From Gemmatimonadaceae bacterium (lineage in GTDB: Bacteria > Gemmatimonadota > Gemmatimonadetes > Gemmatimonadales > Gemmatimonadaceae): a DNA stretch of 24,134 nt. Both the position numbers and the translations under genes were made by a program. Of this stretch, positions 16,045-24,134 are shown one piece after another. The DNA lies in NCBI GenBank assembly GCA_044224875.1, contig JBGAJQ010000073.1:1-24134 (forward strand), in the 5' to 3' direction. A model generated the notes under the pieces. The model saw only the letters and a program-made list of their open reading frames with translations, was not told the DNA's origin and did not search any database. Positions within the stretch are counted from its first letter, which is position 1. Each line of letters begins with the position of its first letter.

Positions 16045-16941
16045 ATGCCGATGACGCTCCGAATCCTCGCTCTCCTTGCCTTCGTGGCCTTCGCGCAGGC
16101 GTCGGGCCAGCGCCCTTTGAAGGTCTACATCTCGGTCGACATGGAAGGGATCGCCGGGGTCGTGACATCCGAGCAGCTAGGCCCGACGGGGTTCGAGTAC
16201 GGGCGCGCACGCGAGTTTATGACCGCTGAAGTCAATGCGGCCATCGCAGGAGCGAAGGCCGCCGGCGCCACGCAGTTCGTGATCAGCGATTCGCATGGGA
16301 ACGGTCAGAATCTGCTGATCGACCAGCTCCCCGCGGACGTCACAGTCATTCGTTCGTGGCCGCGCCCGTTGATGATGATGGAAGGGATCGACTCGACGTT
16401 CGATGCTGCGTTCTTTATCGGGTACCACGCGTCCACCGCCAACACGAACGGGGTGCGCGCCCACACCATGTCCAGCGCCACGCTCACCGGGGTGGCGCTG
16501 AACGGCACGCAGATGCCGGAGGGCGGCGTGAACGCGGCGATCGCCGGCTACTTTGGTGTGCCGGTCGTCCTGGTGTCCGGTGACGACGCAGCCGTCGAGG
16601 AGGTTCGCCGCGTTGCAGGTCGTATGGAGGGGGCCGTGGTCAAACGGGCCATTTCGTTCCACGCTGCGGCAACCAGCACACCCAAGGCTGCCCAGGACCT
16701 GATACGCGAACGCGCCAAGACGGCCATTGAGCATCGAGCGGACGTTCGGCCGTTCTCGTTGCGCGGCCCCGTCACGCTCGACGTTTCGTTCAAGAATTAC
16801 CGACAGGCCGAGATGCTCGCGTACCTTCCGATCGTCGAACGCACGTCCTCACATGGCGTGCGATTCGTGGGAAAGAACATCCTCGAGGTGTCCCGGTTCA
16901 TGGAGTTCGTGAACACCTACTCTCCCGACCTCACGCCGTAG
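16045..16941 (+). CDS. M55 family D-aminopeptidase (DppA-like) with N-terminal signal peptide
   Basis: Metal-ligand motifs KVYISVDMEG, DSH, GYH, AHT, E-GGVN and SGDD. Signal MTLRILALLAFVAFAQA. Start at 16045 or 16051. Confidence 0.9.
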   Translation: MPMTLRILALLAFVAFAQASGQRPLKVYISVDMEGIAGVVTSEQLGPTGFEYGRAREFMTAEVNAAIAGAKAAGATQFVISDSHGNGQNLLIDQLPADVTVIRSWPRPLMMMEGIDSTFDAAFFIGYHASTANTNGVRAHTMSSATLTGVALNGTQMPEGGVNAAIAGYFGVPVVLVSGDDAAVEEVRRVAGRMEGAVVKRAISFHAAATSTPKAAQDLIRERAKTAIEHRADVRPFSLRGPVTLDVSFKNYRQAEMLAYLPIVERTSSHGVRFVGKNILEVSRFMEFVNTYSPDLTP

Positions 16942-17947
16942 CAATTTCCTCGACCCGCGGGAGGTCGGCTTCTTGCACGTCGTGTAGTCGGGAAACGTCG
17001 ACGCGTATGGTTCCTTGCGAGTTTGAGCCGTCGAACACGGAGACGAACCGCTTTCCCCACGCGACGTCGCGGGCGTCATACGAGGATCGGGCGTGAACGG
17101 AGGCCTGAAACCCTTCGTCGATCGCCGACAGGAGCACGAGGAACTCTCCCTGCGTCTGGTGCAAGGCCTGTTCGTCCATGTCGCGCAGCGGGCTCGCGGC
17201 ATCGATCGGATGCACCACGGTCAAGGTCAGCGGAAAGAAGGACACTCGGTCGCGTTCGAGTGACAGCGCCTGGTAGCGGCGTTGCCGGCGTCCATCGACT
17301 TCGGCGAACCAGCTGAAGATGACCTGAACCTGCAGCTCAAACAGTTCGGACCGTCGCTTGTTCGCAATGCGGAACATCCACGCCCTTCCCTCTCGATACG
17401 GCGCGATCACCGCGGCCCGGCTGAACAGAATATTCGCACTGGGTCGAGAAAAACGGGCAAACAGCAGGCCAGTGAAGAGGGCGAATCCCAGCAAGCCATA
17501 CAGCGACTCCAGCGTCACCAGCAGGTTGGCGGCGAGACCGGTGGGGTGCACGTGTCCATAGCCAATCGTGGCGAAGGTCTGGACACTGAAGAAGAAGGCG
17601 CGCCAGAACCCTGGCCCAGGCCAATCTCCGTCAGGCGCAACCAGCGCTTGAGGTCCGCACGCCAGGTAGGCGACCGCGAACAACGTATTCGATACCACGT
17701 AGAAGGCGACAAGGAGGGCCACAAAGCGGGTCCAGCTCGTCGTCAGCAAAGTGTGATAGGCACTCCACGACTCGGCGTGCGACAGGCCGGCGCGTTCCAC
17801 ATTGAACGTTCCGTCGCGATTCAGCAGTCGTTGGCGAGACTCGCGGGAAACGACGGCGCCGAAGCCGAGATCGCCGCGATCGATATCGACGGCGGTGCCC
17901 GTTGGAGGAGCAGAACCACGCTTGGGGTCCTTGGAATCGAACCGCAT
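16931..17947 (-). CDS. Inward-rectifier potassium channel (KirBac-like)
   Basis: Selectivity filter FFFSVQTFATIGYG, two TM helices, FARFSRP, MFRIANKR, VVHPIDAASPL and HARSSY. Confidence 0.93.
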   Translation of the reverse strand: MRFDSKDPKRGSAPPTGTAVDIDRGDLGFGAVVSRESRQRLLNRDGTFNVERAGLSHAESWSAYHTLLTTSWTRFVALLVAFYVVSNTLFAVAYLACGPQALVAPDGDWPGPGFWRAFFFSVQTFATIGYGHVHPTGLAANLLVTLESLYGLLGFALFTGLLFARFSRPSANILFSRAAVIAPYREGRAWMFRIANKRRSELFELQVQVIFSWFAEVDGRRQRRYQALSLERDRVSFFPLTLTVVHPIDAASPLRDMDEQALHQTQGEFLVLLSAIDEGFQASVHARSSYDARDVAWGKRFVSVFDGSNSQGTIRVDVSRLHDVQEADLPRVEEIATA

Positions 17948-18076
17948 ACGGTTCAAGGTGTGTCGATTACCGCGCGCGGTCCAGCCTTTGACACTGCGCG
18001 CGGTGCCGACGGCAGGCTACGTTTCTAGAGCACCGCGCCAGCGGCCTCCGCTTCCCCCATCGGAGCACGATTTCTC

Positions 18077-18841
18077 ATGGATTGGCTGTCCGACCCGAAC
18101 GCCTGGTTCGGCCTGCTCACGCTGACGGTTCTCGAAATCGTCCTCGGCATCGACAACATCATCTTCATCTCCATCCTGTCGGGCAAGCTGCCCAAGGCCG
18201 ATCAGGCCCGGGCGCGACAGCTGGGACTGATGGGTGCCTTCTTCACACGCGTACTGTTGCTGCTGTCGATCGCGTGGATCGTCAGGCTCACCACGCCTCT
18301 CTTTACCGTCGGGGGGTTTGTGATGACGGGGCGCGGGCTGATCCTCCTGGTTGGTGGGCTCTTCCTTATCGGCAAGGCGACGTGGGAGATCCACGGGAAA
18401 CTGGAGGGTGAAGCTCACGAGTCATCCACCCAACGTGTCGCCCGATCACTGGGTGCCGTCGTCGCCCAGATCATGGTGATCGACATCGTCTTTTCGTTGG
18501 ATTCCGTGATCACCGCAGTCGGCATGGTCAGTCAGGTCACGATCATGATCGCCGCGAACGTCGTGGCGTTGATCTGCATGCTCGCCGCCTCCGCACCGAT
18601 CTCCGACTTCGTCGACCGGCACCCGACCATCAAGATCCTCGCGCTGGCGTTTCTCGTCCTCATCGGGACGAACCTCGTCGCCGATGGTCTCGGCCAGCAT
18701 ATTCCAAAGGGATACACCTACTTTGCGATGGCCTTTGCCTTTGGCGTGGAGATAGTGAACCTGCGCATTCGAGCCAAGGAGTACGCGCCCGTGGAGCTGC
18801 ATGACACGCCGCGTCTCGACGAGGACGTCCCCAAGCCGTAG
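18077..18841 (+). CDS. TerC family integral membrane protein
   Basis: Motifs LEIVLGIDNIIFI, DIVFSLDSVITAVG, HPTIKILAL and PKGYTYFAMAF. Confidence 0.93.
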   Translation: MDWLSDPNAWFGLLTLTVLEIVLGIDNIIFISILSGKLPKADQARARQLGLMGAFFTRVLLLLSIAWIVRLTTPLFTVGGFVMTGRGLILLVGGLFLIGKATWEIHGKLEGEAHESSTQRVARSLGAVVAQIMVIDIVFSLDSVITAVGMVSQVTIMIAANVVALICMLAASAPISDFVDRHPTIKILALAFLVLIGTNLVADGLGQHIPKGYTYFAMAFAFGVEIVNLRIRAKEYAPVELHDTPRLDEDVPKP

Positions 18842-18944
18842 TCGACGTTTCCGCGACGCTCCGACGCTCTTCCTCTTGTAACGCCGAGCAGATCGACACC
18901 GACAGCAACACTTCCTTCTCACTGCAGCTGCGAGGTCGCCGTTC

Positions 18945-20165
18945 ATGTCTTCGCCCCGAACGCGAACCCTGATGTGCGTCAGGGTTCGATCCACGCGGTT
19001 TAACCGCCACTGCCGCGGCAGCGTGCTACGCGCGGCGGCCGTGGCCGTCGTCGCACTCACCTCGACGAAGGCCCAGGCTCAGGTCGTCGGTGGCGTCTAC
19101 TATCCGGAGCGCGGCGTGTCGTGGAAGCGCGCGAGACCGGCTGATGTATCGATCGACTCCGTCGCGTTGGCAAAGGCGATCGCGTTTGCCACGTCGCATG
19201 AGATCGACCAATTGCGCGACATGGCCGCTCAAGTGAAGGAAAACGTAAAGGCCGAGCCGTATCCGGACGTTCTGGGCCCGACCACGGATCGCGGTGGGCA
19301 GAACGGGATCATCATTCGCCACGGCTACATCGTCGCGGAGTGGGGCGAGACCGAGCGCGTTGACATGACGTTCAGCGTCGCGAAGAGCTACGTGGCGACC
19401 GTCGCCGGCCTGGCACTCGATCGCGGCAAGATCAGGTCTCTACAGGATCCGGTGCGCGAGTATGTCCGCGATGGCGCCTACGACTCCCCGCACGACGCCG
19501 CAATCACCTGGCATCAGATGCTGAACCAGACGAACGAATGGGAAGGCACCCTCTGGGACAAGCCAGACGTGGCGGACCGACGCGAGGGGCGCGATCGCAC
19601 ACTGCATGACCCAGGGACGTTTTGGGAGTACAACGATGTCCGCGTCAACCGCACCGCGTTGAACCTGCTGTGGGTCTGGCAAGAGCCGCTGCCGCGGGTC
19701 CTCAAGCGTGAGATCATGGACCCGATCGGCGCGTCGGACACATGGGTGTGGCACGGCTATCGGAATTCGTACGTCACGCTGAACGGCCAACGCGTTCAAT
19801 CGGTCAGTGGCGGCGGGCATTGGGGAGGTGGCCTTTGGGCCAGTACACGCGACCACGCGCGATTCGGCTACCTCTACCTGCGCCGCGGGCGCTGGCTGGC
19901 CCGTCAGCTACTATCTGAGCGGTGGATCGATCTTGCGACGACGCCGACCGACATCAAACCGATCTACGGCTACATGTGGTGGCTGAACGCACCAACGGCG
20001 CAGACCCACCCTGGAGCGACGCCCCGTTCATTCTTTGCGCGGGGAGCCGGCGGGAATACGATTTGGATGGCGCCAGAATTGGACATGGTGGTCGTGACGC
20101 GCTGGCTGGACACGCGCGCCACGGACGAATTCATGCGACTCGTCAGGCAGGCCGTGCGAGAATAA
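18945..20165 (+). CDS. Serine hydrolase, beta-lactamase/AmpC-like family, exported
   Basis: SxxK (FSVAKS), YND, PGTFWEY, YGYMWW and ARGAGG. Signal-like AAAVAVVALTSTKAQA. Start uncertain. Confidence 0.88.
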   Translation: MSSPRTRTLMCVRVRSTRFNRHCRGSVLRAAAVAVVALTSTKAQAQVVGGVYYPERGVSWKRARPADVSIDSVALAKAIAFATSHEIDQLRDMAAQVKENVKAEPYPDVLGPTTDRGGQNGIIIRHGYIVAEWGETERVDMTFSVAKSYVATVAGLALDRGKIRSLQDPVREYVRDGAYDSPHDAAITWHQMLNQTNEWEGTLWDKPDVADRREGRDRTLHDPGTFWEYNDVRVNRTALNLLWVWQEPLPRVLKREIMDPIGASDTWVWHGYRNSYVTLNGQRVQSVSGGGHWGGGLWASTRDHARFGYLYLRRGRWLARQLLSERWIDLATTPTDIKPIYGYMWWLNAPTAQTHPGATPRSFFARGAGGNTIWMAPELDMVVVTRWLDTRATDEFMRLVRQAVRE

Positions 20166-20179
20166 TTGGCGCCGCGGCA

Positions 20180-20716
20180 CTACACGCCGTAGCGCTCCTT
20201 CAGGATTCTCCGGTGGTGCGCCTCGTGGCCGGCCGTGATCCAAGCGAGGGCCCGCACAGACACGGCGCGGCCGTTGGCGGTGCCGCGCCGCTGGAGCTCT
20301 TGGTCGGAGAGGCTATCGAAAAAGGCGAGCGTGCCCGCGCGCGCGGCCTGCAATTCTTCCACGAGGCCACGTAGCGCACGATCGTCGAAGGCCGCATTCG
20401 CCACATAGGCGTTTTCATCGAAAGCAGGCAAAGACGTCTGGTCTGCGCGCGCAAAACACATGGCCCGGTAGACGAAGACGCGCTCGGCGTCTGCCAGATG
20501 TCCGATGACCTGGCGCACACTCCACTTGTCAGGCGCATACCTTAGCGCCCCCTGTGCTTCGGTGAGTCCCGCACCCCAGCGGGCCATCTCGCTGGCCTGC
20601 GATCGCAGCGTGGCCAGGATGTCACCCTCCGGTACCTTGCTGATGTAGGTACCGTAGTACGGTGCGAATTCATCGGCTTCGGGCCGGACACTCCGAACGT
20701 TCGCTGTCGTTTCCAT
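20180..20716 (-). CDS. DinB family protein
   Basis: Motifs YAPDKWSVRQVIGHLADAERVF and AGHEAHH (His triad). Confidence 0.88.
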   Translation of the reverse strand: METTANVRSVRPEADEFAPYYGTYISKVPEGDILATLRSQASEMARWGAGLTEAQGALRYAPDKWSVRQVIGHLADAERVFVYRAMCFARADQTSLPAFDENAYVANAAFDDRALRGLVEELQAARAGTLAFFDSLSDQELQRRGTANGRAVSVRALAWITAGHEAHHRRILKERYGV

Positions 20717-20769
20717 GAGCGGGCTTTGTAGATGTAGGTGGTCGGCCGGCGACAGGCAGCTCCGACGCT

Positions 20770-23700
20770 TTACTGCGGTCGATTCGGTCGACGCGTGAGC
20801 GACCTGAAGTACTCGTTCACCAAGTCACGATAACCGAGTGGCACATCGTCGCTGCCGCCGAGCGTGGGGCGATCGTCGCCAGCCTCACCGAACTCTCGGC
20901 GCAAGGAAAACTCAAACTCCTTGAAGCCATCGACGACAGCGCTCCGCAGCCGCGCCAGCTCTTGAGGGTTCTGGAAGGCGCGCTCGGATTCCAGTGCTCG
21001 GAGGCGCCCGATCAAGCGATCCAAGTCCTGAGTGGAACGCCCCGTCGCGGCGAGCTCACGACGAAGTCCTTCGGCGTCTTCACGACGGCCGCGAAGCTCG
21101 CGGCTGAACTGACGGACATCCTCGGGGCTGAACTGGCGAATGCCTCCGCCTGGTCCGCCAGTTGGAGCTCCCGGTGTCCCGCCGGCCATGCCGCGACTGC
21201 CACCAGGCCCCTGCTGGCCCTGACCCGGTGATTGTCCCGCGCCGCCCTGCCCCTGCTGCCCCTGACGGCTACCCTGAGATCCCTGTCCTTGCGACTCACC
21301 CGCTTGCCCCGGCGCTCCCTGACCCGGCTGACCTTGGGCCTGCTGACCCTTGCCCTGACCCTGCTGGCCCTGCCCTTGTGATCCCTGGCTTTCGCCCCGC
21401 TGACTCTCGCCTGGTGCACCCCGGTCCTGTCGGCCGGATCCGCGTTCCCCCTGCGACCCTCTGCTCTCCGATGTCTCGCCCTGCGCCGACCGGCCGTCGC
21501 CCGAACTGCCACGCTGATCTCGCTCCTTCATTCGTTCGTCCAGGGACGAGAGACCGCGCACGACATCACGCGCTTTGTCGAGCGCGCGAGCGCGGCGCCC
21601 AGAGGAGTCGGCCATGGCACCGTTCGCCGCCGCGGCAATGCGGTCGCGCACCGATTCCAGGTCCGACGTGATCTGGTCTTCGAAATTCCGCACGGACTCA
21701 GGTGATCCCTGCCGCATAAGGCCGCGCGAGAAACGAATCTTGTCTGCCACGCGACGATCGCGGATCGCATTGGCCGCATCCTGCAGGCCACGCGATGCCT
21801 CTGGTCGCTCTCGACGCGTGTCGCGCGATATGCGATCGAGGTCCTCTTCGAGTTTTGAGACGTCATCCACGAGACCCTGCTTGCGCCCGTCCAGCTGTTG
21901 CTCTTTTTCCGGGCGACCGGCGCCGGCTCGCGGGAGGCCCTCCACATCCCGGGCCACTTCCTTCTGTCGCTGCAGCAAGGCGTCCGCTCGATCCGCGGCG
22001 TCCTGGGCCCCCTTGGTCACCTCGCTCCGCCGGCCTTCCTCCAGCAATCGTCGCGCGCGTTCCATGCGATCGAGGGCCGCGGCCCCGGATGCGCGGCCCG
22101 CGTCACCGCTAGCGGCCGCGGACCTACGCATGGCGGTGGCGGCTTCCTGAAGTCGACGCGCGCTCTCGGCCATCTCATCGCTCTTTCGCTCGCGCGCCAG
22201 ACGTTCAAGCTGACGAGCCATCGCCTCAGCCTCGTCGGCGATCTCGCGCTGACCGCCCCCGCCGCCACCACCCCCCGCGCCTTGCTGGCTCCGCTGGCGC
22301 TGACGTTCGTTCTCCTGTTGCTGACGTGCCGCCAGTTGCTTCAGTCGCTCCAGCAACTCGTCCGTCTTCTGCGCCGCGGCCTGGTCTTGCCCGCGTTGCA
22401 CCTCCTCGTACTGGTTGCGCAGTTTGTCGGTCTCCAGTTCAAAGAGGTCGGCGAGATCCTCCGGTGTGCTCTGCTGTCCACCGCCACCACCGCCACCTCC
22501 ACCGCCGCGGCTGACCTGGATCTCGCGAAACACCGCCTCAGCGCGTTCAAGCAGCTGCAGCGCGCGCTGTTCCGGCGGGAGCGCTTCAGTCGTCTGCCGC
22601 TCACCTAACGACTTCTCCGCCTGTGCCATCTCGCGCGCCGCCTGCGGGAGCAGCTCACTCAGCTTCCGGAAGCCGGAGTCCGCCGACTGCACCACCCCTC
22701 GAGACATCTGCTGCGCCAACTTTTCCACGCGCTCGCGAAGGCGGGTCTCGGACATCAGGATGGTACTGACGTTCTCTCTGAACTCCGTGACGGGAGTGGT
22801 CGCGCGATCCCGATCGGTCTTGAAGGTTGCCGCGACGATCTCGCGCTGCTGCTGCGTCAGCGTACCTGGAGTGTCCTGGGAACCCCCACCCCCTCCTCCC
22901 CCACCCTGTTGGTTTTGGCGGTAGTCGCGCCCGAAGGGACGAATGGTGAGGAAATAAATGTCGCTCGTCGCGCTTCGCTTCCCGCCTGGCGGCCCGCCAT
23001 CCGTCGCCGTGGCCCAATATGACACGACGTCGCCAGGTTGCAGCTTCAACTCGTCGAGGAAGAAGGTGTGGGTCGCGCTGAGCTCACGAGCGCGGCGCCC
23101 TCCCTCGGTCAAGACCACCTGCTGGTTCGCCCCACCGTTCACCGAATAGGTCAAGTCAACCTTGGTCACACCGAAGTCATCGGTCGCCTCCACCTCCACC
23201 AGCACCTCGTCCGTCGAAGTTGGACGCGTGTCGCGACCGGGCTTTACGAAGCGCACAGTGGGCGGGTTGTCTTCGAGCGCGTCGATGACGTAGTCGACGG
23301 CCCCGGCGACCTTTGTTCCATCTTCCGACACCAGCTCCACCCGGTAGAACGCATCGCGCTTGACCGTCAGCTCACCACGCCAGACGCCATCGGTTCCGCG
23401 CGTCAGCGAACGGGCACTGTCGCCCTCGAGGACGAGTCGCCCGCCCGATATCGGCAGCGTGGTCTGCACGCTGACGACGGCGCGTGTGCCAACAATCGCC
23501 GCGATGTCACCTGTGCCTTCGACCTTCTCGGCCGCCAACCCTGTGTAGGCCGGGTAGTGCAGGTCAACATCCAGCCGCTTGACCGCGGGCAGGTTCTTGA
23601 CCGTCAGCCGAAACACGCTGGATCGCACGCCATTGGACTCGACGAGATACTCTGCGTCTTGATCGACATCGAACAGCCGGGTGCTAAAACGCGTGGAGTC

Positions 23701-24134
23701 CGCGCTCGCGCTTCCGGCGTGCACTGCCTCCATCGGGATGCGTTCCCACTGGTCTCCAGAGCCCCGACGCACCAAGAGCTCGACCAAGTCACTGCGAAAG
23801 CCCCGCAGTTGCGCGCGAATCTGTTGATCGGTCCCGCGCGGAATGGCGGCGTTGCCTGGTTCAACGCCAATGGCATATGGCACCGCGGCGGCTGCATCGT
23901 GCCAGGGCGTCAGGATCAGTCGCGCACCCTGTCGCAAGACATCCGGGCCTAAGGTGAAGAGTGCAGCAGCGGCGACCAACGCAGTGGCCAGCCAAATGCC
24001 CGTCCGCTGCAAGTTCCCCGATTCGATCGATGGCGCGTCACCGTAACGACGCAGCTGTTCGCTGGCCGAGTGGACGAGCCCCTGCGTGAGGGCACTGGAG
24101 CGTACGCTGTCCGGGACGTCGACGCGCAGCGCCT
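20770..24134 (-). CDS. Large membrane-anchored DUF4175-like protein (TM, beta-sandwich region, coiled coils, Gly/Gln low-complexity); 5' end lies outside the window
   Basis: Frame has no stop from 24012 to the window edge. TM segment IWLATALVAAAALFTL. Motifs YPAYTGL, DNPPTVRF, ATDDFGV, LQPGDVVSYWATATD and C-terminal VPLGYRDLVNEYFRSL. Confidence 0.82.
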   Translation of the reverse strand, partial: ALRVDVPDSVRSSALTQGLVHSASEQLRRYGDAPSIESGNLQRTGIWLATALVAAAALFTLGPDVLRQGARLILTPWHDAAAAVPYAIGVEPGNAAIPRGTDQQIRAQLRGFRSDLVELLVRRGSGDQWERIPMEAVHAGSASADSTRFSTRLFDVDQDAEYLVESNGVRSSVFRLTVKNLPAVKRLDVDLHYPAYTGLAAEKVEGTGDIAAIVGTRAVVSVQTTLPISGGRLVLEGDSARSLTRGTDGVWRGELTVKRDAFYRVELVSEDGTKVAGAVDYVIDALEDNPPTVRFVKPGRDTRPTSTDEVLVEVEATDDFGVTKVDLTYSVNGGANQQVVLTEGGRRARELSATHTFFLDELKLQPGDVVSYWATATDGGPPGGKRSATSDIYFLTIRPFGRDYRQNQQGGGGGGGGSQDTPGTLTQQQREIVAATFKTDRDRATTPVTEFRENVSTILMSETRLRERVEKLAQQMSRGVVQSADSGFRKLSELLPQAAREMAQAEKSLGERQTTEALPPEQRALQLLERAEAVFREIQVSRGGGGGGGGGGQQSTPEDLADLFELETDKLRNQYEEVQRGQDQAAAQKTDELLERLKQLAARQQQENERQRQRSQQGAGGGGGGGGQREIADEAEAMARQLERLARERKSDEMAESARRLQEAATAMRRSAAASGDAGRASGAAALDRMERARRLLEEGRRSEVTKGAQDAADRADALLQRQKEVARDVEGLPRAGAGRPEKEQQLDGRKQGLVDDVSKLEEDLDRISRDTRRERPEASRGLQDAANAIRDRRVADKIRFSRGLMRQGSPESVRNFEDQITSDLESVRDRIAAAANGAMADSSGRRARALDKARDVVRGLSSLDERMKERDQRGSSGDGRSAQGETSESRGSQGERGSGRQDRGAPGESQRGESQGSQGQGQQGQGKGQQAQGQPGQGAPGQAGESQGQGSQGSRQGQQGQGGAGQSPGQGQQGPGGSRGMAGGTPGAPTGGPGGGIRQFSPEDVRQFSRELRGRREDAEGLRRELAATGRSTQDLDRLIGRLRALESERAFQNPQELARLRSAVVDGFKEFEFSLRREFGEAGDDRPTLGGSDDVPLGYRDLVNEYFRSLTRRPNRPQ

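Noticed and set aside
17988..18023. Sigma70 promoter TTGACA...TACGTT for terC
   Set aside because: The spacer is 24 nt, too long for a canonical promoter.
21150..21500. Possible DNA tandem repeat or CRISPR-like array
   Set aside because: Degenerate codon-level repetition from the Gly/Gln-rich protein tract; no fixed repeat-spacer periodicity.

Overview
GC-rich bacterial chromosomal segment. The gene content and lineage-type lipoproteins suggest Gemmatimonadota, which is an inference only. It holds about 23 CDSs, and I found no rRNA, tRNA, CRISPR array or mobile element. Left: a beta-oxidation pair (partial FadN/FadB-like gene and a thiolase) converges on a translationally coupled SDR / Asp-type acyl-CoA dehydrogenase / APH-kinase operon. 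That operon resembles LvaD-LvaC-LvaA, or a split ACAD10/11 4-hydroxyacyl-CoA phosphorylation-elimination module. An NADP-isocitrate dehydrogenase with a clear +1 frameshift at ~5810 follows. Centre: a tightly coupled minus-strand run of hypothetical protein, SET-domain methyltransferase, uncharacterised 'DYAGLFPP...FKATAGLHH' protein, fumarylacetoacetase, membrane protein and RidA, followed by a CocE/NonD hydrolase. Next come two convergent lipoproteins separated by an intrinsic terminator; one has a sigma54-like promoter. Right: a secreted histidine phosphatase, YfiT/BstA and DinB thiol-transferase-like genes, a signal-peptide-bearing M55 D-aminopeptidase, a KirBac channel, TerC, a serine hydrolase and a large partial DUF4175-like protein. 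Best leads: the uncharacterised enzyme coupled to fahA (with a SET methyltransferase in the same operon), the lva/ACAD10-like module, the icd frameshift and the sigma54-controlled disordered lipoprotein.
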